Assembly: GCA_032718475.1 (NCBI GenBank) | Contig: JAUCBJ010001089.1 | Location: 1-51,994, forward strand | Source: Nemertoderma westbladi | Lineage: Eukaryota > Animalia > Xenacoelomorpha | Reading direction: 5' to 3' | DNA length: 51,994 nucleotides | Part shown: piece after piece, positions 9,839-23,603 of the stretch | Position numbering within the stretch: position 1 is the stretch's first letter | Layout of the letters: each line of letters begins with the position of its first letter | The notes under the pieces: generated by a model | What the model saw: only the letters and a program-made list of their open reading frames with translations | Database searches by the model: none | Told to the model about the DNA's origin: nothing | Position numbers and translations under genes: made by a program

Positions 9839-12800
9839 TTAATTGGTGGAGTTTGGAGTTGTCAGGTCACTTATTAATTGGTGGAGTTGTCAGGTCACTT
9901 AATAATTGGTGGAGATGTCAGGTCACTTATTAATTGGTGGAGTTGTCAGGTAACTTATTAATTGGTGGAGTTGTCAGATCACTTATTAATTGGTGGAGTT
10001 GTCAGATCACTTATTAATTGGTGGGGTTGTCAGATCACTTATTAATTGGTGGAGTTGTCGGGTCACTTATTAATTGGTGGAGTTGTCAGATCACTTATTA
10101 ATTGGTGGAGTTGTCAGGTAACTTATTAATTGGTGGAGTTGTCAGATCACTTATTAATTGGTGGAGTTGTCGGGTCACTTATTAATTGGTGGAGTTGTCG
10201 GGTCACTTATTAATTGGTGGAGTTGTCAGGTCACTTATTAATTGGTGGGGTTGTCAGGTCACTTATTAATTGGTGGAGTTGTCAGGTAACTTATTAATTG
10301 GTGGAGTTGTCAGATCACTTATTAATTGGTGGAGTTGTCGGGTCACTTATTAATTGGTGGAGTTGTCGGGTCACTTATTAATTGGTGGAGTTGTCAGGTC
10401 ACTTATTAATTGGTGGGGTTGTCAGGTCACTTATTAATTGGTGGAGTTGTCAGGTCACTTATTAATTGGTGGAGTTGTCAGATCACTTATTAATTGGTGG
10501 AGTTGTCAGGTCACTTATTAATTGGTGGAGTTGTCAGATCACTTATTAATTGGTGGAGTTGTCAGGTCACTTATTAATTGGTGGAGTTGTCGGGTCACTT
10601 ATTAATTGGTGGAGTTGTCGGGTCACTTATTAATTGGTGGAGTTGTCAGGTAACTTATTAATTGGTGGAGTTGTCAGATCACTTATTAATTGGTGGAGTT
10701 GTCAGGTCACTTATTAATTGGTGGAGTTGTCGGGTCACTTATTAATTGGTGGAGTTGTCAGGTCACTTATTAATTGGTGGAGTTGTCAGGTCACTTATTA
10801 ATTGGGGGAGTTGTCAGGTCACTTATTAATTGGTGGGGTTGTCAGGTCACTTATTAATTGGGGGAGAGGTCACTTTACTTATTAATTGGTGGAGTTGTCA
10901 GGTCACTTATTAATTGGTGAAGTTGTCAGGTCACTTATTAATTGGTGGAGTTGTCAGGTCACTTATTAATTGGTGGAGTTGTCGGATCACTTTTTAATTG
11001 GTGGAGTTGTCGGGTCACTTATTAATTGGTGGAGTTGTCGGGTCACTTATTAATTGGTAGAGTTGTCGGGTCACTTATTAATTGGTGGAGTTGTCGGGTC
11101 ACTTATTAATTGGTGGAGTTGTCAGGTCACTTATTAATTGAGGGAGTTGTCAGGTAACTTATTAATTGGTGGAGTTGTCGGGTAACTTATTAATTGAGGA
11201 AGTTGTCGGGTCACTTATTAATTGGTGGAGTTGTCAGATCACTTATTAATTGGTGGAGTTGTCAGGTCACTTATTAATTGGTGGAGTTGTCGGGTCACTT
11301 ATTAATTGGTGGAGTTGTCAGGTCACTTATTAATTGGTGGAGTTGTCAGATCACTTATTAATTGGTGGAGTTGTCAGGTCACTTATTAATTGGGGGAGAG
11401 GTCACTTTACTTATTAATTGGTGGAGTTGTCAGATCACTTGTTAATTGGTGGAATTGTCAGATCACTTATTAATTGGTGGAGTTGTCGGGTCACTTATTA
11501 ATTGGTGGAGTTGTCGGGTCACTTATTAATTGGTAGAGTTGTCGGGTCACTTATTAATTGGTGGAGTTGTTGGGTCACTTATTAATTGGTGGAGTTGTCA
11601 GGTCACTTATTAATTGGGGGAGTTGTCAGGTAACTTATTAATTGGTGGAGTTGTCAGGTCACTTATTAATTGGTGGAGTTGTCAGATCACTTATTAATTA
11701 ATTGGCGGAGTTGTCAGATCACTTATTAATTGGTGGAGTTGTCAGGTCACTTATTAATTGGTGGAGTTGTCAGGTCACTTATTAATTGGTGGAGTTGTCG
11801 GGTCACTTATTAATTGGTGGAGTTGTCAGGTCACTTATTAATTGGTGGGGTTGTCAGGTCACTTATTAATTGGGGGAGAGGTCACTTTACTTATTAATTG
11901 GTGGAGTTGTCAGATCACTTATTAATTGGTGGAGTTGTCAGATCACTTATTAATTGGTGGAGTTGTCGGGTCACTTATTAATTGGTGGAGTTGTCGGGTC
12001 ACTTATTAATTGGTAGAGTTGTCGGGTCACTTATTAATTGGTGGAGTTGTCGGGTCACTTATTAATTGGTGGAGTTGTCAGGTCACTTATTAATTGAGGG
12101 AGTTGTCAGGTAACTTATTAATTGGTGGAGTTGTCAGGTCACTTATTAATTGGTGGAGTTGTCAGATCACTTATTAATTGGTGGAGTTGTCAGGTCACTT
12201 ATTAATTGGTGGAGTTGTCAGATCACTTATTAATTGGTGGAGTTGTCAGATCACTTATTAATTGGTGGAGTTGTCGGGTCACTTATTAATTGGTGGAGTT
12301 GTCGGGTCACTTATTAATTGGTGGAGTTGTCAGGTCACTTATTAATTGAGGGAGTTGTCAGGTAACTTATTAATTGGTGGAGTTGTCAGGTCACTTATTA
12401 ATTGGTGGAGTTGTCAGATCACTTATTAATTGGTGGAGTTGTCAGGTCACTTATTAATTGGTGGAGTTATCAGGTCACTTATTAATTGGTGGAGTTGTCA
12501 GGTCACTTATTAATTGGTGGAGTTGTCAGGTCACTTATTAATTGGTGGAGTTGTCAGGTCACTTATTAATTGGTGGAGTTGTCGGGTCATTTATTAATTG
12601 GTGGAGTTGTCAGGTCACTTATTAATTGGTGGAGTTATCAGGTCACTTATTAATTGGTGGAGTTGTCAGGTCACTTATTAATTGTTGGAGTTGTCCGGTC
12701 ACTTATTAATTGGTGGAGTTGTCAGGTCACTTATTAATTGGGGGAGTTGTCAGGTCACTTATTAATTGGTGGAGTTGTCAGGTCACTTATTAATTGGTGG

Positions 12801-15800
12801 AGTTGTCAGGTCACTTATTAATTGGTGGAGTTGTCAGGTCACTTATTAATTGGTGGAGTTGTCAGGTCACTTATTAATTGAGGGAGAGGTCACTTTACTT
12901 ATTAATTGGTGGAGTTGTCAGGTCACTTATTAATTGGTGGAGTTGTCAGGTAACTTATTAATTGAGGGAGAGGTCACTTTACTTATTAATTGGTGGAGTT
13001 GTCAGGTCACTTATTAATTGGTGGAGTTGTCAGGTCACTTATTAATTGAGGGAGAGGTCACTTTACTTATTAATTGGGGGAGTTGTCAGGTCACTTATTA
13101 ATTGGTGGAGTTGTCAGGTCATTTATTAATTGGTGGAGTTGTCAGGTCACTTATTAATTGGTGGAGTTATCAGGTCACTTATTAATTGGTGGAGTTGTCA
13201 GGTCACTTATTAATTGTTGGAGTTGTCCGGTCACTTATTAATTGGTGGAGTTGTCAGGTCACTTATTAATTGGGGGAGTTGTCAGGTCACTTATTAATTG
13301 GTGGAGTTGTCAGGTCACTTATTAATTGGTGGAGTTGTCAGGTCACTTATTAATTGGTGGAGTTGTCAGGTCACTTATTAATTGAGGGAGAGGTCACTTT
13401 ACTTATTAATTGGGGGAGTTGTCAGGTCACTTATTAATTGGTGGAGTTGTCAGGTCACTTATTAATTGGTGGAGTTGTCAGGTCACTTATTAATTGGTGG
13501 AGTTATCAGGTCACTTATTAATTGGTGGAGTTGTCAGGTCACTTATTAATTGTTGGAGTTGTCAGGTCACTTATTAATTGGTGGAGTTGTCGGGTCACTT
13601 ATTAATTGGGGGAGTTGTCGGGTCACTTAATAATTGAGGGAGAGGTCACTTTACTTATTAATTGGGGGAGTTGTCAGGTCACTTATTAATTGGTGGAGTT
13701 ATCAGGTCACTTATTAATTGGTGGAGTTGTCAGGTCACTTATTAATTGGGGGAGTTGTCGGGTCACTTATTAATTGGTGGAGTTATCAGGTCACTTATTA
13801 ATTGGTGGAGTTGTCAGGTCACTTATTAATTGTTGGAGTTGTCAGGTCACTTATTAATTGGTGGAGTTGTCGGGTCACTTATTAATTGGGGGAGTTGTCG
13901 GGTCACTTAATAATTGAGGGAGAGGTCACTTTACTTATTAATTGGGGGAGTTGTCAGGTCACTTATTAATTGGTGGAGTTGTCAGGTCACTTATTAATTG
14001 GTGGAGTTGTCAGGTCACTTATTAATTGGTGGAGTTGTCAGGTCACTTATTAATTGGTGGAGTTGTCAGGTCACTTATTAATTGAGGGAGAGGTCACTTT
14101 ACTTATTAATTGGGGGAGTTGTCAGGTCACTTATTAATTGGGGGAGTTGTCGGGTCACTTAATAATTGGGGGAGAGGTCACTTTATTTATTAATCGGTGG
14201 AGTTGTCAGGTAACTTATTAATTGGTGGAGTTGTCAGGTCACTTATTAATTGGTGGAGTTGTCAGGTCACTTATTAATTGGTGGAGTTGTCAGGTCACTT
14301 ATTAATTGGTGGAGTTGTCAGGTCACTTATTAATTGAGGGAGAGGTCACTTTACTTATTAATTGGGGGAGTTGTCAGGTCACTTATTAATTGGTGGAGTT
14401 GTCAGGTCACTTATTAATTGGTGGAGTTGTCAGGTCACTTATTAATTGGTGGAGTTGTCAGGTCACTTATTAATTGGTGGAGTTGTCAGGTCACTTATTA
14501 ATTGGTGGAGTTGTCGGGTCACTTATTAATTGGTGGAGTTGTCAGGTCACTTATTAATTGAGGGAGAGGTCACTTTACTTATTAATTGGTGGAGTTGTCA
14601 GGTCACTTATTAATTGGTGGAGTTGTCGGGTCACTTATTAATTGGTGGAGTTGTCAGGTCACTTATTAATTGGTGGAGTTGTCAGGTCACTTATTAATTG
14701 GTGGAGTTGTCAGGTCACTTATTAATTGGTGGAGTTGTCAGGTCACTTATTAATTGGTGGAGTTGTCAGGTCACTTATTAATTGGGGGAGTTGTCAGGTC
14801 ACTTATTAATTGGTGGAGTTGTCAGGTCACTTATTAATTGGTGGAGTTGTCAGGTCACTTATTAATTGGTGGAGTTGTCAGGTCACTTATTAATTGAGGG
14901 AGAGGTCACTTTACTTATTAATTGGTGGAGTTGTCAGGTCACTTATTAATTGGTGGAGTTGTCAGGTCACTTATTATTAATTGGTGGAGTTGTCAGGTCA
15001 CTTATTAATTGAGGGAGAGGTCACTTTACTTATTAATTGGTGGAGTTGTCGGGTCACTTATTAATTGGTGGAGTTATCAGGTCACTTATTAATTGGTGGA
15101 GTTGTCAGGTCACTTATTAATTGAGGGAGAGGTCACTTTACTTATTAATTGGGGGAGTTGTCAGGTCACTTATTAATTGGTGGAGTTATCAGGTCACTTA
15201 TTAATTGGTGGAGTTGTCAGGTCACTTATTAATTGTTGGAGTTGTCCGGTCACTTATTAATTGGTGGAGTTGTCAGGTCACTTATTAATTGGGGGAGTTG
15301 TCAGGTCACTTATTAATTGGTGGAGTTGTCAGGTCACTTATTAATTGGTGGAGTTGTCAGGTCACTTATTAATTGGTAGAGTTGTCAGGTCACTTATTAA
15401 TTGGGGGAGTTGTCAGGTCACTTATTAATTGGTGGAGTTGTCAGGTCACTTATTAATTGGTGGAGTTGTCAGGTCACTTATTAATTGGTGGAGTTGTCAG
15501 GTCACTTATTAATTGAGGGAGAGGTCACTTTACTTATTAATTGGGGGAGTTGTCAGGTCACTTATTAATTGGTGGAGTTGTCAGGTCACTTATTAATTGG
15601 TGGAGTTGTCAGGTCACTTATTAATTGAGGGAGAGGTCACTTTACTTATTAATTGGTGGAGTTGTCGGGTCACTTATTAATTGGTGGAGTTGTCAGGTCA
15701 CTTATTAATTGAGGGAGAGGTCACTTTACTTATTAATTGGTGGAGTTGTCAGGTCACTTATTAATTGGTGGAGTTGTCAGGTCACTTATTAATTGGTGGA

Positions 15801-18800
15801 GTTGTCAGGTCACTTATTAATTGGGGGAGTTGTCAGGTCACTTATTAATTGGTGGAGTTGTCAGGTCACTTATTAATTGGTGGAGTTGTCAGGTCACTTA
15901 TTAATTGGGGGAGTTGTCAGGTCACTTATTAATTGGTGGAGTTGTCAGGTCACTTATTAATTGGTGGAGTTGTCAGGTCACTTATTAATTGGTGGAGTTG
16001 TCAGGTCACTTATTAATTGGTGGAGTTGTCACTTTACTTATTAATTGGTGGAGTTGTCAGATCACTTATTAATTGAGGGAGAGGTCACTTTACTTATTAA
16101 TTGGGGGAGTTGTCAGGTCACTTATTAATTGGTGGAGTTGTCGGGTCACTTATTAATTGGTGGAGTTGTCAGGTCACTTATTAATTGGTGGAGTTGTCAG
16201 GTCACTTATTAATTGGTGGAGTTGTCACTTTACTTATTAATTGGTGGAGTTGTCAGATCACTTATTAATTGAGGGAGAGGTCACTTTACTTATTAATTGG
16301 GGGAGTTGTCAGGTCACTTATTAATTGGTGGAGTTGTCGGGTCACTTATTAATTGGTGGAGTTGTCAGGTCACTTATTAATTGGTGGAGTTGTCAGGTAA
16401 CTTATTAATTGGTGGAGTTGTCAGATCACTTATTAATTGAGGGAGAGGTCACTTTACTTATTAATTGGGGGAGTTGTCAGGTCACTTATTAATTGGTGGA
16501 GTTGTCGGGTCACTTATTAATTGGTGGAGTTGTCAGGTCACTTATTAATTGGTGGAGTTGTCAGGTCACTTATTAATTGGTGGAGTTGTCAGGTCACTTA
16601 TTAATTGGTGGAGTTGTCAGGTCACTTATTAATTGAGGGAGAGGTCACTTTACTTATTAATTGGGGGAGTTGTCAGATCACTTATTAATTGGTGGAGTTG
16701 TCAGGTCACTTATTAATTGGTGGAGTTGTCAGGTCACTTATTAATTGGTGGAGTTGTCAGGTCACTTATTAATTGAGGGAGAGGTCACTTTACTTATTAA
16801 TTGGGGGAGTTGTCAGGTCACTTATTAATTGGTGGAGTTGTCGGGTCACTTATTAATTGGTGGAGTTGTCAGGTCACTTATTAATTGGTGGAGTTGTCAG
16901 GTCACTTATTAATTGAGGGAGAGGTCACTTTACTTATTAATTGGGGGAGTTGTCAGGTCACTTATTAATTGGTGGAGTTGTCGGGTCACTTATTAATTGG
17001 TGGAGTTGTCAGGTCACTTATTAATTGGTGGAGTTGTCGGGTCACTTATTAATTGGTGGAGTTGTCAGGTCACTTATTAATTGGTGGAGTTGTCAGGTCA
17101 CTTATTAATTGGTGGAGTTGTCGGGTCACTTATTAATTGGTGGAGTTGTCAGGTCACTTATTAATTGGTGGAGTTGTCAGGTCACTTATTAATTGAGGGA
17201 GAGGTCACTTTACTTATTAATTGGGGGAGTTGTCAGGTCACTTATTAATTGGTGGAGTTGTCGGGTCACTTATTAATTGGTGGAGTTGTCAGGTCACTTA
17301 TTAATTGGTGGAGTTGTCAGGTCACTTATTAATTGGTAGAGTTGTCTGGTCACTTATTAATTGGTGGAGTTGTCAGATCACTTATTAATTGGTGGAGTTG
17401 TCAGGTCACTTATTAATTGGTGGAGTTGTCAGGTCACTTATTAATTGGGGGAGAGGTCACTTTACTTTTTAATTGGTGGAGTTGTCAGGTCACTTATTAA
17501 TTGGTGGAGTTGTCAGGTCACTTATTAATTGGTGGAGTTCTCAGGTCACTTATTAATTGGTGGAGTTGTCAGGTCACTTATTAATTGGTGGAGTTGTCAG
17601 GTCACTTATTAATAATTGGTGGAGTTGTCAGGTCACTTATTAATTGGTGGAGTTGTCAGGTCACTTATTAATTGGTGGAGTTGTCAGGTCACTTATTAAT
17701 TGGTGGAGTTGTCAGGTCACTTATTAATTGGTGGAGTTGTCAGGTCACTTATTAATTGGGGGAGAGGTCACTTTACTTTTTAATTGGTGGAGTTCTCAGG
17801 TCACTTATTAATTGGTGGAGTTGTCAGGTCACTTATTAATTGGTGGAGTTGTCAGGTCACTTATTAATTGGTGGAGTTGTCAGGTCACTTATTAATTGGT
17901 GGAGAGGTCACTTTACTTATTAATTGGTGGAGTTGTCAGGTCACTTATTAATTGGTGGAGTTCTCAGGTCACTTATTAATTAGTGGAGTTGTCAGGTCCT
18001 TATTAATTGGTGGAGTTGTCAGGTCACTTATTAATAATTGGTGGAGTTGTCAGGTCACTTATTAATTGGTGGAGTTGTCAGGTCACTTATTAATTGGTGG
18101 AGTTGTCAGGTCACTTATTAATTGGTGGAGTTGTCAGGTCACTTATTAATTGGTGGAGTTGTCAGGTCACTTATTAATTGGTGGAGAGGTCACTTTACTT
18201 ATTAATTGGTGGAGTTGTCAGGTCACTTATTAATTGGTGGAGTTCTCAGGTCACTTATTAATTGGTGGAGTTGTCAGGTCCTTATTAATTGGTGGAGTTG
18301 TCAGGTCACTTATTAATAATTGGTGGAGTTGTCAGGTCACTTATTAATTGGTGGAGTTGTCAGGTCACTTATTATTATTTGGTGGAGTTGTCAGGTCACT
18401 TATTAATTGGGGGAGAGGTCACTTTACTTTTTAATTGGTGGAGTTGTCAGGTCACTTATTAATTGGTGGAGTTCTCAGGTCACTTATTAATTGGTGGAGT
18501 TGTCAGGTCACTTATTAATTGGTGGAGTTGTCAGGTCACTTATTAATAATTGGTGGAGTTGTCAGGTCACTTATTAATTGGTGGAGTTGTCAGGTCACTT
18601 ATTAATTGGTGGAGTTGTCAGGTCACTTATTAATTGGTGGAGTTGTCAGGTCACTTATTAATTGGTGGAGTTGTCAGGTCACTTATTAATTGGTGGAGTT
18701 GTCAGGTCACTTATTAATTGGTGGAGTTGTCAGGTCACTTATTAATTGGTGGAGTTGTCAGGTCACTTATTAATTGGTGGAGTTGTCAGGTCACTTATTA

Positions 18801-21540
18801 ATTGGTGGAGAGGTCACTTTACTTATTAATTGGTGGAGTTGTCAGGTCACTTATTAATTGGTGGAGTTCTCAGGTCACTTATTAATTGGTGGAGTTGTCA
18901 GGTCCTTATTAATTGGTGGAGTTGTCAGGTCACTTATTAATAATTGGTGGAGTTGTCAGGTCACTTATTAATTGGTGGAGTTGTCAGGTCACTTATTATT
19001 ATTTGGTGGAGTTGTCAGGTCACTTATTAATTGGGGGAGAGGTCACTTTACTTTTTAATTGGTGGAGTTGTCAGGTCACTTATTAATTGGTGGAGTTCTC
19101 AGGTCACTTATTAATTGGTGGAGTTGTCAGGTCACTTATTAATTGGTGGAGTTGTCAGGTCACTTATTAATAATTGGTGGAGTTGTCAGGTCACTTATTA
19201 ATTGGTGGAGTTGTCAGGTCACTTATTAATTGGTGGAGTTGTCAGGTCACTTATTAATTGGTGGAGTTGTCAGGTCACTTATTAATTGGGGGAGAGGTCA
19301 CTTTACTTTTTAATTGGTGGAGTTGTCAGGTCACTTATTAATTGGTGGAGTTGTCAGGTCACTTATTAATTGGTGGAGTTGTCAGGTCACTTATTAATTG
19401 GTGGAGTTGTCAGGTCACTTATTAATTGGTGGAGAGGTCACTTTACTTATTAATTGGTGGAGTTGTCAGGTCACTTATTAATTGGTGGAGTTCTCAGGTC
19501 ACTTATAAATTGGTGGAGTTGTCAGGTCCTTATTAATTGGTGGAGTTGTCAGGTCACTTATTAATAATTGGTGGAGTTGTCAGGTCACTTATTAATTGGT
19601 GGAGTTGTCAGGTCACTTATTAATTGGTGGAGTTGTCAGGTCACTTATTAATTGGTGGAGTTGTCAGGTCACTTATTAATTGGTGGAGTTGTCAGGTCAC
19701 TTATTAATTGGTGGAGAGGTCACTTTACTTATTAATTGGTGGAGTTGTCAGGTCACTTATTAATTGGTGGAGTTCTCAGGTCACTTATTAATTGGTGGAG
19801 TCAGGTCACTTATAAATTGGTGGAGTTGTCAGGTCCTTATTAATTGGTGGAGTTGTCAGGTCACTTATTAATAATTGGTGGAGTTGTCAGGTCACTTATT
19901 AATTGGTGGAGTTGTCAGGTCACTTATTAATTGGTGGAGTTGTCAGGTCACTTATTAATTGGTGGAGTTGTCAGGTCACTTATTAATTGGTGGAGTTGTC
20001 AGGTCACTTATTAATTGGTGGAGAGGTCACTTTACTTATTAATTGGTGGAGTTGTCAGGTCACTTATTAATTGGTGGAGTTCTCAGGTCACTTATTAATT
20101 GGTGGAGTTGTCAGGTCCTTATTAATTGGTGGAGTTGTCAGGTCACTTATTAATAATTGGTGGAGTTGTCAGGTCACTTATTAATTGGTGGAGTTGTCAG
20201 GTCACTTATTATTATTTGGTGGAGTTGTCAGGTCACTTATTAATAATTGGTGGAGTTGTCGGGTCACTTATTAATTGGTGGAGTTGTCAGGTCACTTATT
20301 AATTGGTGGAGTTGTCAGATCACTTATTAATTGGTGGAGTAGTCAGGTCACTTATTAATTGGTGGGGTTGTCAGGTCACGCATTATTATTTGGTGGAGTT
20401 GTCAGGTCACTTATTAATAATTGGTGGAGTTGTCGGGTCACTTATTAATTGGTGGAGTTGTCAGGTCACTTATTAATTGGTGGAGTTGTCAGATCACTTA
20501 TTAATTGGTGGAGTAGTCAGGTCACTTATTAATTGGTGGGGTTGTCAGGTCACGCATTATTTGGTGGAGTTGTCAGATCACTTATTAATTGGTGGGGTTG
20601 TCAGGTCACTTATTAATTAGTGGAGTTGTCAGGTCACGTATTATTTGGTGGAGTTGTCAGATCACTTATTAATTGGTGGAGTTGTCAGGTCACTTATTAA
20701 TTGGTGGAGTTGTCAGGTCACTTATTAATTGGTGGAGTTGTCAGGTCACTTATTAATTGGTGGAGTTGTCAGATCACTTATTAATTGGTGGAGTAGTCAG
20801 GTCACTTATTAATTGGTGGGGTTGTCAGGTCACGCATTATTTGGTGGAGTTGTCAGATCACTTATTAATTGGTGGGGTTGTCAGGTCACTTATTAATTAG
20901 TGGAGTTCTCAGGTCACTTATTAATTGGTGGAGTTATCAGGTCATTTATTAATTGGTGGAGTTGTCAGGTCACTTATTAATTGGTGGACTTGTCAGGTCA
21001 CTTATTTATTGGTGGAGTTGTCAGGTCACTTATTAATTGGTGGAGTTGTCAGGTCACTTATTTATTGGTGGAGTTGTCAGGTCACTTATTAATTGGTGGA
21101 GTTGTCAGGTCACTTATTATTTGGTGGATTTGTCAGGTCACTTATTAATTGGTGGAGTTGTCAGGTCACTTATTAATTGGTGGAGTTGTCAGGTCACTTA
21201 TTAATTTGTGGAGTTGTCAGGTCACTTATTAATTTGTGGAGTTGTTAGGTCACTTATTAATTGGGGGAGTTGTCAGGTCACTTATTAATTGGTGGAGTTG
21301 TCAGGTCACTTATTAATTGGTGGGGTTGTCAGGTCACGTATTATTTGGTGGAGTTGTCAGGTCACTTATTAATTGGTGGGGTTGTCAGGTCACGTATTAT
21401 TTGGTGGAGTTGTCAGATCACTTATTAATTGGTGGAGTTGTCAGGTCACTTATTAATTGGTGGAGTTGTCAGGTCACTTATTAATTGGTGGAATTGTCAG
21501 GTCACTTATTAATTGGTGGAGTTGTCAGGTCACTTTTTAA
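9839..21540. repeat. 28-bp satellite, ~11.7 kb (~420 units), consensus TTATTAATTGGTGGAGTTGTCAGGTCAC
   Basis: Head-to-tail units with period 28 (e.g. 9961 to 9989), no unique spacers, recurrent variants. Confidence 0.99.
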
Positions 21541-21851
21541 GTTGAAATCGTGTTTCACGTAAAACGACCTACTTTTGTAATTAACAATTAAACTGTAATG
21601 TTATTAGCAATCGAGTTTACTTTATTTAAAAACTTTATTTTAAAACTTTATTTTGCAAATATAGGAACAAATACTTTATTAATAATAAGTGAAAAGGAGG
21701 ATTCAGAACGTAAAGAAAACAAATATTGATATATTTCTACATGAATATGTGGAATGCGAGATTAAATCTACCACTTAAACTACTAATTTATATGTTACTT
21801 TACCGTTTCAATTTATAAAAGCCTGAGAGCCACTAACTACTAATGAATTGT

Positions 21852-22234
21852 TTATATTTCTGGCCAGGATGCCCTGAGTACGCTGGGCGACTCCATTGAA
21901 CCTTCACCCCTGCACGGTGATGTAGTTTTCACTGGATCATCTTTGTCGTTAATGACGTCGTCCTGCTTATCAATAGCGACAAACCAATTGTTCACTTGTT
22001 GCTCCATATCCTTTAATGATTTCACTAGGTAGTTAATTTCTTCCTTTAATTCGTAGATTTCCTTGTCTTTGTCTGCCACGACACTAGCGGGCACCATTTC
22101 AACATCACGTCCCTCATTAGTATCATGATTTAAGACGTTTAATTGGCGTTGGAGGTTTGTCTTTAAGGCCTTCGCGTCTTCTAAGGCAGCTGTTTCCCGC
22201 TGTAACTTATTCCTATTTTCTTTATCAATTTCCG
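21852..22234 (-). CDS. Last exon of an uncharacterised coiled-coil protein
   Basis: Minus-strand acceptor ttgctttcgtaCAG (22237-22235); phase-1 start; reads EIDKENRNKLQRETAALEDAK...MVPASVV...WPEI*. Several minus-strand AATAAA at ~21620-21680. Confidence 0.75.
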
Positions 22235-23125
22235 CTGTACGAAAGCAAATATAATAAGTTGTTATCGACTAAATATTGGTTTTCGCTAAGATAAAAGGCT
22301 TTATGGTTGCATTTTGGTTAATATAATTATTTGTAAATAATTAATACCCAGATATCAAATAGCCCATTAAATTTAATACCAAGTTGCGTTACAGTTTCCA
22401 GTCGACTTATCTTCTATCCATGGATGGATATGCCACTCAGAGACTTTATCGTTCTCCGCGAGACAATATTAACCTGTATGATGTTGGATATCATTATCAT
22501 CAATACAATGTGTAAATGATTGGATTATGTTATCATGTCAATAACATGACCATTGCATTATGCGGGATTGTAGAATGTCGATGTAGATTAGATTAACTTT
22601 GTATTGTGGTATTTTGGGTTGTATCGGTTGCCTAGCGTGTCTGTTTGTCGCGTTTTGTGTGCGGTGAGAGTGGATTAGTGATTGATTGGTTTGTTCACTC
22701 TTCTTGGCCTCTTGGGTTTAATATTATTGTCATTAATTTCAGTATTGTTTGTATCAATTAAGTTATCATATTCAATTCAGTAACGCTAAGTGTTTAACAC
22801 TGGTCAGAAGCTGATTGAGTGGTAGAGCCGTTAGTGAACTACAGTAGGAATATAATTAGGTAGGATTTGTTTCCGAATTCACGGTTATCCGGATTTGTGT
22901 CCGCATCACAGAGTGCGTGGCGTGCACATGGTTTTGATAATTGTAATTCTGCCATTTATTAACACACACCCCCCCCCCCCCTCCCCCTCCACCGAAACCT
23001 GTTCCATTGGATGAAAAAACACTATTTAGTACAGAAATATCAGTTTATCTCCCCCCCCCCCCCCCCCCCACCCACGGGATATAAAGCTATTATTTTAATT
23101 GTATTATTGCCAATGAAATACTCAC

Positions 23126-23603
23126 AAATAGAACACGTTATTCTTTCGCGTTCCTTTTTCTCCATAACCAGATCATCGTTGAGTTGATCCACTAAATATT
23201 CGACGACAGCTTTCCGCTCTAACATTTCGCTTTTCTCGAGATCTCCATTTACCTTTCCTTCTTCGATTTCATTATTTAAATCATTAAATCTACATCGAAG
23301 TTGTTCCCTCACTTCCTTGCAATCCCGCACATTCCGCTCGGATTTCTCCCGTTCCATTGTCTCGAGCCCCAGTTGCGTCATCTCTGCGTCTACCATCGAC
23401 TTAAGATCGCGAACTTTCTCACGCAACTTGTAGATTCCTGCCTCTACGATCTCATCCGGTACAACAACAGCCCTTCCACTGCCTTTGGCTTCCTCGCATT
23501 CATCCATAAACAAGCGTTCCTTGTCGCGCCACGGATTTCTTCTAGATTGGGGTTGTAATTCTGACACCTCTTTGTGAATTTGATGACACAAAGACTTCAT
23601 CGT
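23126..23603 (-). CDS. Penultimate exon of the same coiled-coil protein
   Basis: Acceptor TAG just before ACG ATG (23603); E/K/R/L-rich heptad-like sequence; donor GTGAGT at 23125-23120 in phase 1, which matches the 22234 exon. ATG 23600 to stop gives 475+383=858 nt (285 aa). Confidence 0.75.

Noticed and set aside
9839-21540. 28-bp repeat as a CRISPR array
   Set aside because: Units are contiguous with no unique spacers, there are no cas genes, and the context is eukaryotic.
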